From the IMG/VR virus record IMGVR_UViG_3300037467_001416: a DNA stretch of 64,000 bases; one strand, 5' to 3'. Below the pieces are notes generated by a model. That model did no database searches. It was not told where the DNA came from and saw only the letters and a list, made by a program, of their open reading frames with translations. The DNA is from an uncultured virus (IMG/VR IMGVR_UViG_3300037467_001416) (lineage: Duplodnaviria > Heunggongvirae > Uroviricota > Caudoviricetes). Positions 47,207 to 56,451 of the stretch are shown here, piece after piece. How positions within the stretch are numbered: the first letter of the stretch is position 1; each line of letters starts with the position of its first letter. A program made the position numbers and the translations under genes.

Positions 47207-47659
47207 ATGACTAGCCCACGTTTCATTACTCAGCCAGACGAAGCCGCCACTGAACTCTTTCGCTTTGTGGTCGCTAATCCTGATGAGTTCCCGGAGGACG
47301 TGCGCGGAGAGATTCTGTCTCTTCTCGAACCCGGAAAGTCGGTTTCCTTCGCGGTGTCTGAGGCGGCAGAAATTATCTACGCTCGCCAGAAGGATCTCTC
47401 TAAGAAGGTCATCGCGCTCGGAGCAGAACTTGCCATATGCGCGTCACATAATCGTATCAACAACTTCGCGGACGAAAATGGTGCTCGCGGACGAGGCATC
47501 ATGGAGGCACTCCGCCGCGCCACCGGGGAGAAGACCCCGGCTGGGATGTCCTGGCCCTCGAAGGACGAGGATCCTCAGCCTAAGGAAGTGTATGTTCCGG
47601 GTCCAGGCAGTGACAGTCTCGTCGCCGCTACACCGGAGCCTGTCGTGAAGTCGAAGTAA
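47207..47659 (+). CDS. Hypothetical protein
   Basis: 150 aa; own promoter candidate at about 47151; GGAG RBS. Confidence 0.6.
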   Translation: MTSPRFITQPDEAATELFRFVVANPDEFPEDVRGEILSLLEPGKSVSFAVSEAAEIIYARQKDLSKKVIALGAELAICASHNRINNFADENGARGRGIMEALRRATGEKTPAGMSWPSKDEDPQPKEVYVPGPGSDSLVAATPEPVVKSK

Positions 47660-47671
47660 AGGAGAACGCAC

Positions 47672-47989
47672 ATGGTAGGTGAAGCAACGGAACCGGTCGT
47701 CGTATCGGAAAATCAGGCGGTCTTAGATCTCCTGAAAGCTCTCGGTCGCTACGTGGTCGTAATCGTCACGATCTACCCGGCGATCTCGGCGCTGCTGAAG
47801 TCGCGAGATGTATTCGGGCTCATCGCCTTCTTCCAGAGTAGCGAGGGTGCTGCTCTCGCCGCGGCGATCGTCGGCATCGGAACCCTGCTCTATGGTCTCT
47901 ACAAGACCCATTTTCGAGCAGCTCAGGTCGTCACCGTGGCTCAGGATAATCGGGTTCCGGCCGAGGTAGCGCAGATCCACTACAAGTAA
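47672..47989 (+). CDS. Holin-like membrane protein
   Basis: 105 aa; two hydrophobic helices; AAGGAG RBS. Confidence 0.55.
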   Translation: MVGEATEPVVVSENQAVLDLLKALGRYVVVIVTIYPAISALLKSRDVFGLIAFFQSSEGAALAAAIVGIGTLLYGLYKTHFRAAQVVTVAQDNRVPAEVAQIHYK

Positions 47990-47999
47990 GGAGCTCACG

Positions 48000-48362
48000 A
48001 TGCGAATTACACTCTTACTCGCAGTTGCATCTCTCGGACTGGCGGGATGCAATACGGTCATGCCGGTCACACCCGAGTCGCCGGCTCCTCTCCAGAAGAC
48101 CGTCATTGACGATCGAGCAGTCCGGTACGCCTTTCTCACGCTCGACACACTCGCGACTCTCGCCGATCAGGCTATCGACGCGAAACTCATCGTGCCGGGT
48201 AGTCCGAAGGCGAAGGAAGTCGCCCGAGGCCTCACGCTTGCGAAGCAGTGGGTCAATGCTGCCTCCGCCGCGCAGAAGGCCGGCTCGGTCACCTCGTACA
48301 ACGAGGCATTCCAACACGCAACTGAGGCGATTGCTCTCGTTAAGCAATCACTCGGCAAGTAG
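48000..48362 (+). CDS. Lipoprotein (possibly lysis-associated)
   Basis: Signal peptide with lipobox LAGC. Confidence 0.65.
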   Translation: MRITLLLAVASLGLAGCNTVMPVTPESPAPLQKTVIDDRAVRYAFLTLDTLATLADQAIDAKLIVPGSPKAKEVARGLTLAKQWVNAASAAQKAGSVTSYNEAFQHATEAIALVKQSLGK

Positions 48363-48371
48363 GAGGATCTC

Positions 48372-48614
48372 ATGGAAGAGACCATTCGTAAAATTCTTGC
48401 TGCTGCCGAGAATCTCGCCCCCACGATCGAGAAGTTCACCGGCACTCCTTTGATCACGCCGGCGATCCGTGCTGGTCAGGCTCTTCTGGAGCTGATTGAC
48501 GGCCTGAAGGAAACTTCCGGTCAGAGTCAGGAAGAACTCCAGAGCACACGTGATGCGTTGGAGGCAAAGATCAACGCTCACGTGGACGAGGTCATCGGAA
48601 GGCTCAACGGTTAA
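48372..48614 (+). CDS. Small helical protein
   Basis: AGGAGG RBS; 80 aa. Confidence 0.6.
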   Translation: MEETIRKILAAAENLAPTIEKFTGTPLITPAIRAGQALLELIDGLKETSGQSQEELQSTRDALEAKINAHVDEVIGRLNG

Positions 48615-48651
48615 CCTGTGATCTCTGCGATGCGGGAGGCATCACTCTGAA

Positions 48652-49017
48652 ATGACGATTGATGTAGCCCGCATCGCGTTCGCGCAACAACCTGTTCGCA
48701 CAACTCCGGCGATCGAGGATTTGTCTGTTCAGACAAAGCATCCTCTCGCGCAGGAGATGGAATATTCCAGTTTAACTCAGAACGTAACCGATGCTACAGC
48801 GCTCGGCAACCAGATTCTGAGCCTACGAAAGTTAGATCGCTGGACGTGGGCTTGCTTCGTCGCAAAGAGGAATTACGCACCGTTCGAGGTCGGAACGACT
48901 ATCACGGTCAAATATCCGCGCTACGGCTTCAACAACGGAAAGAACTTCATCATCAAGAGAGTTCGCACAGACTCCAACGCTCTGTTTGACGAGCTCACTT
49001 TATTCGGGCCTCAGTAG
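48652..49017 (+). CDS. Tail-tip protein resembling the C-terminal part of a hub protein
   Basis: EDLSVQTKHPLAQE...DATA....ILSL...FEVGTTITVKYPRYGFNNGK...LTLFG. Confidence 0.6.
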   Translation: MTIDVARIAFAQQPVRTTPAIEDLSVQTKHPLAQEMEYSSLTQNVTDATALGNQILSLRKLDRWTWACFVAKRNYAPFEVGTTITVKYPRYGFNNGKNFIIKRVRTDSNALFDELTLFGPQ

Positions 49018-49839
49018 ATGAGCATCTTTTTCGCAGCTCCGATCGACCAGCATCCGGATTATGCCAAGGTCACGACCGTTCCCACGGCGACGAATGCTGA
49101 CCCGAACTTCCCGATCGCGAATATCCTGACGTTCGATCCTACTCAGGTTTTCGCTGCGACGACGACTTCCACCGTCATCACGTGGAATTTCGGCGCGAGC
49201 GTGACCTTTGACATGGTCTCTCTCGTCTACACGAACCTTACAGACGCGGCAACGCTTCTCATCGAGGGTAGTACGAACGGAACTGCATGGGCCACGCTCT
49301 ACAACAGCACCGCTCTGGCTCACGTAGTCGCAGGTCAGACTACGCAGAATAAGATCAATATGCTTCGGCATAACTCTTCGTTGCTGAATCTGGCGACGCC
49401 GGTTTCCTATCAGTATCTGCGCCTCACCGTTAACTCACAGGTAGCTGGACTCTTTCCGAGTATCGGTCGTCTGTTTGTCGGAACGAAGTTCGTGCCGAGT
49501 ACCGGCTGGCAGTACGGTTCTCAGTTTACGTTCGCAGACAACTCTGTCCGGCAGCGTACTGATCGTGGAACTCTCATCGTAGACCCACAGCCTCCCATCG
49601 TGGCGGCGAACGTCAAGCTGGACTTTCTCAGTAAGAATGAAATGTACGACTACGTCTACGACTTCAACTACTGGCGTGGAGCAGCCCGAGAATTCTTCGC
49701 CTGCCTGGACGTAGAAGATACGAAAAGACTTCAAAAGAATATTCTATACTGCACCATCAGCGACGGTAGGTTAATCTCCTTTGATTCCTACAATACGCAC
49801 AGTGTCGCGTGGATGCTAGAAAGCATCGGGATAGGGTGA
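49018..49839 (+). CDS. Distal-tail-like tail-tip protein
   Basis: YQYLRLTV...IGRLFVG..F.P...WQYG....F.D.S pattern. Confidence 0.65.
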   Translation: MSIFFAAPIDQHPDYAKVTTVPTATNADPNFPIANILTFDPTQVFAATTTSTVITWNFGASVTFDMVSLVYTNLTDAATLLIEGSTNGTAWATLYNSTALAHVVAGQTTQNKINMLRHNSSLLNLATPVSYQYLRLTVNSQVAGLFPSIGRLFVGTKFVPSTGWQYGSQFTFADNSVRQRTDRGTLIVDPQPPIVAANVKLDFLSKNEMYDYVYDFNYWRGAAREFFACLDVEDTKRLQKNILYCTISDGRLISFDSYNTHSVAWMLESIGIG

Positions 49840-51572
49840 CGATACAAGTTGTCTTTGAGTCAGACGAGAAGAAAGCGTGGCTAGACGGTCGGGTTCCACC
49901 GCACGTCTTTAACGCTCTCTCAGAGCTTCCAGGCCGCAAGCGGTACGTACAGGGTAAGCCTTTCATTGAGCTTTCGAGGAGCAATCTAGAGTTCCTCGAC
50001 ACGCGTCTAGAGGGCGTCACTTGGCGCGGCCCCGCTGCTACACTGGTGGAACAATTTCGGCGTATGCGCGAGCAGGAGCGTGAGACTCGTAACGCAAAGT
50101 GGATTGAGCCTGTTGGCTTCGAGTTCCCGTATAAGCACAAGCCCTATCAGCATCAACTCAAGGCTAACATTCTCGCCAGAGGGAAGATCGCCTTCGGGTA
50201 CTTCATGGAGCAGGGCACCGGAAAGACCAAGACCCTGTTGGACGACGCCGCCGACATTTTTCTCAACGGTGGTGAGAACGGCAAGATCGACACGTTATTG
50301 ATCGTCGCCCCCAACGGCGTCCATGCTCAGTGGATAAACGAACAAGTTCCGGAACATTTAAGCCCCTCTGTGCCTTGGGCGGGCGGGTACACCGTTGCAG
50401 CCCCAACCCATGAAGAGGCTCTCCGACTGTCCAAAGCGCGGTATTTTAAGGATGGTCTCAGGATCATTGCAATCCACATCGACATGATGAGTCACAAGAG
50501 CGGTGAGGAGCTCCTGCAAGAGCTTCTTCTCTCTTCTAGAGCCATGCTGGTCGTGGACGAGAGTAGCCGCATAAAAGACTCCAGCTCAAAGAGAACTAAG
50601 ACTCTTCTGAAGCTAGGTAAGCTAGCCAAGTATCGACGCATTCTCACAGGAACTCCAATCTCCCAGGGCGTGGAGGATCTTTATTCACAGTTCTACTTCC
50701 TGGACCCTCATATCCTGGGCTACAGCAGTTTCTACGCCTTCCGGAATCACTTCTGTCGCATGGGCGGTTTTCAGAACAAGAAGATCGTCGGTTACGTAAA
50801 TGAGGAAGAACTTAAACGCAAGATCGACTCGTACACGTACCGAGTTCTCAAGGAGGATTGCCTGGATCTTCCTGCCAAGAACTTCATTCGTGTAGAAGTT
50901 CCGTTCACTGAAGAGCAGAGTCGCGTATATGCTCAGATGAAGAAGGACTTCTTCCTCGACCTTGACGCCGGTATTCTCACCGCGCGTCTCGCCATCACTC
51001 GTCTCATTCGTCTTCAGCAACTCATAGGTGGGTTCATCCACAAGAGAGCGAAGAAGGACGAGAACGGAAAGATAGTTGATCCTGAACTGTATCAGGAGTT
51101 CCCGAATCGTCGAGTGGAGCGCACCGTAGAGATTATCAAGGAAGCTCGCGGGAAGGTTATCGTCTGGATTAAGTTCGAGGGTGACTATCGTCTTCTGAGC
51201 AAGGCACTAACCGAGGCTGGCATCTCCTGGATAGACTACGTTGGTCGGACCAAAGACAAGTTGACGAATCTTAAGAAGTTTCAGACAGACGACAATATCA
51301 AGGTCTTTCTCTCCACTCCTAAGTCCGGGGGTATTGGTCTCAACCTGACTGTCGCCAGCGAGGTCATTTGGTACAGCCGAGACTTCTCCCTTGAGAACGA
51401 ACTGCAAGCCAACGACAGATGCCATCGCATCGGACAACACTTTCCCGTGAACTATCACTATCTTATCACCCCGCGCTCGGTGGACGAGAGAATCGACAAG
51501 GTACTCAAGTCCAAGGGCGCGATCGCCGAGAATCTAATTGACATAAGGGATCTCTTTGCCGATGACGAGTAA
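49836..51572 (+). CDS. SF2 (SNF2-like) helicase
   Basis: FMEQGTGKT (Walker A), VVDESS (Walker B), ILTGTP, GGIGLNL, QANDRCHRIGQ. Confidence 0.9.
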   Translation: MTIQVVFESDEKKAWLDGRVPPHVFNALSELPGRKRYVQGKPFIELSRSNLEFLDTRLEGVTWRGPAATLVEQFRRMREQERETRNAKWIEPVGFEFPYKHKPYQHQLKANILARGKIAFGYFMEQGTGKTKTLLDDAADIFLNGGENGKIDTLLIVAPNGVHAQWINEQVPEHLSPSVPWAGGYTVAAPTHEEALRLSKARYFKDGLRIIAIHIDMMSHKSGEELLQELLLSSRAMLVVDESSRIKDSSSKRTKTLLKLGKLAKYRRILTGTPISQGVEDLYSQFYFLDPHILGYSSFYAFRNHFCRMGGFQNKKIVGYVNEEELKRKIDSYTYRVLKEDCLDLPAKNFIRVEVPFTEEQSRVYAQMKKDFFLDLDAGILTARLAITRLIRLQQLIGGFIHKRAKKDENGKIVDPELYQEFPNRRVERTVEIIKEARGKVIVWIKFEGDYRLLSKALTEAGISWIDYVGRTKDKLTNLKKFQTDDNIKVFLSTPKSGGIGLNLTVASEVIWYSRDFSLENELQANDRCHRIGQHFPVNYHYLITPRSVDERIDKVLKSKGAIAENLIDIRDLFADDE

Positions 51573-51921
51573 GGTCTTTGTCCTACAGGCCGTCCGGTTT
51601 CAGCCCGACGTCAGCCCCGCCGCCGTATATGGCGAGATCCGCTTTGTGCTCTCTGCTGGAGATCGGACCTCGGCTAATCCTGAGCTCTCCATAGAGCGTC
51701 TCAGGAGAGCACTCTCGGAGTTTGATCCCCGAACGGACTTCATCGTCTGGGCGGGTGGAGATCCTCTCAGCGCCATTGTGACCGGCATGGTGATGCTTGA
51801 CCTAGGTATCACGAAGTTCCGCTACTTGCGCTTTGAGAAAAACCGCAATACAAAGCATGGAGAACCCGTAACGGGTTTCTATTCTCCCGTAGAAGTCAGG
51901 CTGGAAGAGGAACAAGACTAA
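51562..51921 (+). CDS. Hypothetical protein
   Basis: DVSPAAVYGEI...DFIVWAGGDP; replication-module context. Confidence 0.6.
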   Translation: MTSKVFVLQAVRFQPDVSPAAVYGEIRFVLSAGDRTSANPELSIERLRRALSEFDPRTDFIVWAGGDPLSAIVTGMVMLDLGITKFRYLRFEKNRNTKHGEPVTGFYSPVEVRLEEEQD

Positions 51922-52487
51922 TGGTCGAAGAGACGCAGACGGAGCAGAGTGACGTAGACTTCTTCGAGGAGGCCGACACCAGTACCGGCTCTGAGCGCTT
52001 TAAGGCTCATATTACCAATCTCGCGAGAGAGTATCGTCTTCTCGAGGGAGACATCGCCGAGCTACAGAATAAAATCAAAGATCTCACTCGCCGGAAGGTC
52101 GAGATAGAGACACAGAAGTTGCCCGAGTTGCTGAAGCAGGCAGGCGTCCGCGAGATCACTACGCTGGAGGGTCTCAAGGTCTCAACCAAATACGTCGTCG
52201 GATCAATTCCGCCACAGTCCAAGGAGCAAGCCTACGAGTGGCTCGACTCGCACGGACATAGCGATATTATCAAGCGTAATCTAGCCCTTCAGTTCAGCAA
52301 GGGTGACACGAAGCAGGCCGAGTTAGCACGTGAAACGCTCGCCAAGATGGGCTTCGACCCTACCATCAAGCTGGACGTGCACCCTCAAACCTTTATGGCA
52401 TTCGCGCGCGAGCAGATTCAGAATGGCGTCATGCTCCCACTTGAGAAGTGGGGAGTCTGGTTTGGCGATAAGGCAGTCATTAAGTAA
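51921..52487 (+). CDS. Replication-module protein with coiled coil
   Basis: LPELL...G...AYEWL..HGH.DIIK...VHPQT..AF pattern seen next to phage SSB genes. Confidence 0.6.
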   Translation: MVEETQTEQSDVDFFEEADTSTGSERFKAHITNLAREYRLLEGDIAELQNKIKDLTRRKVEIETQKLPELLKQAGVREITTLEGLKVSTKYVVGSIPPQSKEQAYEWLDSHGHSDIIKRNLALQFSKGDTKQAELARETLAKMGFDPTIKLDVHPQTFMAFAREQIQNGVMLPLEKWGVWFGDKAVIK

Positions 52488-52587
52488 GTCTGCCGAGTTA
52501 TTCTAGAGTAAAATATCCCTTGCGTTGTGAGTTAACGCGCTTATAGTGAAGCGTCTGGTGGCAAGCCAGTGAACAGAGGAGAGCCTA

Positions 52588-53451
52588 ATGGCCGAAGCAA
52601 AGAAGAAAGCTGAAGAAGAAAAGAGTGAGGCACCTGCGGCTGGCGGTACCAATCTCACAACGACCAAGAACGAGTCAACCGATTTGGTTGCGGCGGACGA
52701 CGACTTCTTCGCAGAAGCCGGTGCGGGTCTGGACGATTTCCAGCAGTCCGACTTTCTCATCCCGTATGTCCGCATCCTGCAAGCGCTCTCGAAGGAGCTT
52801 CAGCGTGGTCACGCTAAGTTTCTTCCTAACGCCGGTCAGGGCATGTTCGTCAACTCTGCGACGCGGAAGCTCATCAACGGCGAGACGGGTTTTCTCGCCG
52901 TTCCGGTCGGCTTTAGTCACCGATACATGGCGTGGCGACCGAATAACGCCGGTCCTGCCTACGACATGGGTGACGATCCCTCGAAGTTCAACGCGGCGAC
53001 GCCGGACGACAAGGGTAAGCGCTACGACGAGCAGGGCAATGAGCTCACCGATGCTCTTCAGTACTTCGTCGTCCTGGTGAATCCGGAGACGCAGGAATGG
53101 GAGGCAGCGGTTCTGAACTTCTCTGGGGTTCAGGCTCGCAAGGGTCGCGGGTGGGCAACCACGATCAACAATCGCATGGAGCGATTTCCGGTAGGCCACG
53201 CCAAGGCCGGGACTCTCTTCCGTCCTGCGATGTGGTTCTACTCGTACAAGATTACCACGATTCCAGAGTCCAACGACAAGGGTTCGTGGTACGGGTTCCT
53301 CATCGAGGAGGGGCCGAAGGTGAAGGATCTCGCAAACGGGCGCGAGATTTTCACTGCCGCCAGCGAGCTGCGTAAGCGGATCGATGCCGGCGAAGTCAAG
53401 GGTGACATGGAGCATCCCGACGACGAGCCCGGAGACGAGCAGGCGTTCTAG
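52588..53451 (+). CDS. Single-stranded DNA-binding-like protein
   Basis: DFLIPYVRILQALS...ESNDKGSWYG; acidic C-tail ending in aromatic DEPGDEQAF. Confidence 0.65.
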   Translation: MAEAKKKAEEEKSEAPAAGGTNLTTTKNESTDLVAADDDFFAEAGAGLDDFQQSDFLIPYVRILQALSKELQRGHAKFLPNAGQGMFVNSATRKLINGETGFLAVPVGFSHRYMAWRPNNAGPAYDMGDDPSKFNAATPDDKGKRYDEQGNELTDALQYFVVLVNPETQEWEAAVLNFSGVQARKGRGWATTINNRMERFPVGHAKAGTLFRPAMWFYSYKITTIPESNDKGSWYGFLIEEGPKVKDLANGREIFTAASELRKRIDAGEVKGDMEHPDDEPGDEQAF

Positions 53452-53479
53452 TCCCTGCTAGAAGGAGCATCAAGAAGTC

Positions 53480-54127
53480 ATGTCTACGAAATTGGATACC
53501 GAAAAGAAGCTGTGGGTCGGTCCCACGGCTGTCCGTGCAGGCACTGTCGTCGACGCGATGCGTCAGGCAGCGAACGAACTCGGCGGCGCTCCCGGCGGCG
53601 ACGGCGTCAGCTACGCCGATCTGGAGAAGCATCTCCTCGAGAACTTCTCGCCGAAGAAGTCGCAGGGCTACGGACCCTCGTACATCCGTGCCTATGTTCG
53701 CGACGCAGTTCAGCGCTACGGTCATCTGGTCAACGAGGCGGACAAGGCTGAGGAGTACAGCTCGATCGCGGCTCCGGAGCCGAAGGCCAAGGCCAGCAAG
53801 CCCAAGAAGCTGACCAAGGCTCAGCAGGCGGAGCTCGACGCGCTGAACTTCATCCGTGAGCGCGGGGAAGTCTCGGACGCCGGCGACATCGACAACACGC
53901 AGATCACCGTCCAGGACTTCGTCACGGAGACCGGGAAGAAGACCAAGACGGTCGAGAAGCAGATCGACAAGCTCGAGAAGGACGGTCTCGTCCGCACCGA
54001 GTCGCGCGAGGACAGCATCTACGTCTTCCTGACGCAGGCTGGCTTCAGTCGTCTGCAGGAAGCGGAGTCGCAGGACACCGGTGAGCCGACCGCGGCGACC
54101 GGGAGCGACGGTGGCATGGTCGAGTAA
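53480..54127 (+). CDS. Winged-helix DNA-binding protein
   Basis: C-terminal ITVQDF...TGK...TVEKQIDKLEKDGLV....YVFLTQAG MarR-like wHTH. Confidence 0.7.
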   Translation: MSTKLDTEKKLWVGPTAVRAGTVVDAMRQAANELGGAPGGDGVSYADLEKHLLENFSPKKSQGYGPSYIRAYVRDAVQRYGHLVNEADKAEEYSSIAAPEPKAKASKPKKLTKAQQAELDALNFIRERGEVSDAGDIDNTQITVQDFVTETGKKTKTVEKQIDKLEKDGLVRTESREDSIYVFLTQAGFSRLQEAESQDTGEPTAATGSDGGMVE

Positions 54128-54151
54128 TACTCGACGCCTCTGTCCTTACAG

Positions 54152-54186
54152 AAGGGCGGGCGTCGTGAGGCGTCCGCCCTTTTCTT
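54152..54186 (+). terminator. Rho-independent terminator
   Basis: AAGGGCGGGCGTC-GTGA-GGCGTCCGCCCTT followed by TTCTT. Confidence 0.7.
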
Positions 54187-54207
54187 CGTCCTCAGCGGAG
54201 AGCCGCC

Positions 54208-55101
54208 ATGAACCAAGAGATCTACGAGACTTTCGTTCACTACCTGAACGAGCGCGAAGCTATCCGGCAGAAGAGAGTTGCAGGTGAGCCAGGTCCCTGG
54301 ACCACAGATCCAATTCTCTCGCGCTACAAGTTCACAAATATTCTCCGCAAGCACGATCGCACTACGCAGTGGCTGATCCGGAATTGGTATAATCCTAATC
54401 GTGGAAATGTTCCGAAACAAGTCATGGCACTCAACTGTGCCATCGCGCGTTACTTCGGCAGCATTGAGTTTCTAGAAGACGTTGGTTTTCAATACGAGTG
54501 GAACCCAGATTTTCTCATACGTCGCGCCGGCGAGCGTCTCGCTGCCGGGAAGAAAGTCTTCACCGGAGCGTACATCATAACGAACGCGGGCAGCACAGAT
54601 CCTAAGCAGATCGTCGTCGTGTCGCAGTTTCTCACTCCGTTTCGGATGCGTCTGGACTCTGTCATCGGCATGGCTGAGCGCACGAATCGGTGGCAGGAGG
54701 TCTGTGAGCTCTTGCAGGGAATGCCCGGAATTGGTCCCTTCATGGCGAAGGAGATCGCACTGGACATGATGCTGACGCCTGTGCTCGAGAATGCTACCGA
54801 CAAGCTGACGTGGTCACCGGCTGGCCCCGGAGCTATCCGCGGTCTCAATCGTCTTCACGATCGTCCGACGCAGGCCGGGATGCCTCAGCAGAGGGCTCAG
54901 CACAAGATGCAGGCTCTTCTCGGTCGTCTCAGCATGGATCGTGCGTTCAAGGACTACATGCCTGAGATTGGTGTTCACTACGGAGTCACCGATGTTCAGT
55001 TCTCTCTGTGCGAACTGGACAAGTATCTCCGTGTGAAGAATGGCGAGGGTCGTCCACGCTCCGGCTACGACTGGCGTAAGGCAAAGCCTATAGTCCCCTG
55101 A
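54208..55101 (+). CDS. aGPT-PPlase1 / 5-hmdU DNA kinase helical-domain family protein
   Basis: EREAIRQKR..G..GPWTTDPILSRYKFTNILRKHDRTT, FTGAYII, GIGPFMA, GPGAIRGL, LCELDKYLR. Confidence 0.8.
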   Translation: MNQEIYETFVHYLNEREAIRQKRVAGEPGPWTTDPILSRYKFTNILRKHDRTTQWLIRNWYNPNRGNVPKQVMALNCAIARYFGSIEFLEDVGFQYEWNPDFLIRRAGERLAAGKKVFTGAYIITNAGSTDPKQIVVVSQFLTPFRMRLDSVIGMAERTNRWQEVCELLQGMPGIGPFMAKEIALDMMLTPVLENATDKLTWSPAGPGAIRGLNRLHDRPTQAGMPQQRAQHKMQALLGRLSMDRAFKDYMPEIGVHYGVTDVQFSLCELDKYLRVKNGEGRPRSGYDWRKAKPIVP

Positions 55102-55143
55102 GAAACGGCTTGCTATAAGATAGCTACTCAGCAGGAGGCAGGT

Positions 55144-55434
55144 GTGAAGCTCAGATTAGGCCCCGGACAACGCGACATACATCTCGAGGGACGGGACGGG
55201 GAGCTTCTCGTCGGTAGAGACGAGAGTGGTAAATTCGTCAACAAACTTCATCTCACGGATGCCGAGTTCTCCATGGGAGCCTCGAGATTTCCCATTCTGC
55301 GCCTTGACGTGGAGATGATCGGCTACGAGATCGAGATAGACGCCATGGAGGAAGACGTTGTCGTAGTCCTTCACCGTCATGGCATTACTCGCATAGAAGG
55401 AATTAAGAATGCAGATCTTCATCCCGACGCGTGA
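55144..55434 (+). CDS. Hypothetical protein in the modification cluster
   Basis: AGGAGG RBS; 96 aa. Confidence 0.5.
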   Translation: MKLRLGPGQRDIHLEGRDGELLVGRDESGKFVNKLHLTDAEFSMGASRFPILRLDVEMIGYEIEIDAMEEDVVVVLHRHGITRIEGIKNADLHPDA

Positions 55435-56221
55435 TCGTGTCAACGCTCAATTTACATGGGACAACCTGACGCCGGCTCTGCGGCAATGCACAACGCTGGT
55501 ATGCCCCGCGGAGGAGGTCACCGAGCATCTCGAGCGCTCTCGAAACGCAGTGGCGCGGCCCCCGGTAGGGCTGGCTGCGGTGCGGCAATGGATTGTCGAC
55601 GAGCTTGCTAGACAGGGTGAGCCGGTCATCATGCTAGACGACGATCTAGCGTTTTTCGTTCGCAAGGATCCATCCGCGCACAATCTACGTCCCGCCGGTG
55701 CCGACGTGGAGCGTATCTTTTCGAGACTTCATATTCTCGTGGCTCACAACGATTACGTCCATTCAGGATTATCGCCTAGGCAGGGAAATAATTGGGCGTA
55801 TCCTGCTACGACGCTCACTGTGGAGCGCATGAACGCGGTCCACTGCGTCTTACCTGAGGCGCTGCGGCACTACGGCATTCGCTACGACGACGTTGACATG
55901 ATGGAGGACTACCATGTCGTTCTTTCGCTTTTTGAGAAAGGTGAGAAAAACGCCGTCATTACGGATGCCGCCTGGGATCAGTGCAAGGGATCAGGAGCTC
56001 CTGGAGGCTTCAGCCACTACCGAACTAGCGAGACTCAAGCGGCGGCGGCTGAGCGTCTTGCGGAGCTCCACCCGAAAGTCGTCAAAGTCGTAGAAAAGAC
56101 ACCCAAGACGGGCAGCGGCGGCTTTTCGGGAACACGCAAGGACGTGCGCGTCCAGTGGAAGAAAGCGTACCAAACCCGCGGTCGTGAGTTCATCAATCCT
56201 AGCTTCCGGAGGGGTGCGTGA
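55409..56221 (+). CDS. GT-A glycosyltransferase, TAGT/GREB1/base-J glucosyltransferase-like
   Basis: IFIPTRDR, RQWI, IMLDDDL (DxD), EDYHVVLSL...G..N, GGFSHYRT, VRVQWKKA. Confidence 0.75.
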   Translation: MQIFIPTRDRVNAQFTWDNLTPALRQCTTLVCPAEEVTEHLERSRNAVARPPVGLAAVRQWIVDELARQGEPVIMLDDDLAFFVRKDPSAHNLRPAGADVERIFSRLHILVAHNDYVHSGLSPRQGNNWAYPATTLTVERMNAVHCVLPEALRHYGIRYDDVDMMEDYHVVLSLFEKGEKNAVITDAAWDQCKGSGAPGGFSHYRTSETQAAAAERLAELHPKVVKVVEKTPKTGSGGFSGTRKDVRVQWKKAYQTRGREFINPSFRRGA

Positions 56222-56451
56222 GAGATAAGCAAGGTCGCAGGTACGCCCGTCTGGCTGAGATCAAGGCAGGCTCCTACATCCGCGTCGACGGAGACTTTGA
56301 CTGCATGAAGAAAAACTCTCTGCGGAAGGTCTTTAGAGACCGCGAGGGGTATTACGTCGTGTGTTCTCGCGGTCGCCATCATCTGGACGGGCAGTCAGAC
56401 GGACACGGTAATCTCATCGGCATGTATCAGGAAGAGACTGAGAATGTATAG
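56218..56451 (+). CDS. Small hypothetical protein
   Basis: DGDFDCM...YYVVCSRGRHHLDGQ; coupled overlaps. Confidence 0.55.
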   Translation: MRDKQGRRYARLAEIKAGSYIRVDGDFDCMKKNSLRKVFRDREGYYVVCSRGRHHLDGQSDGHGNLIGMYQEETENV

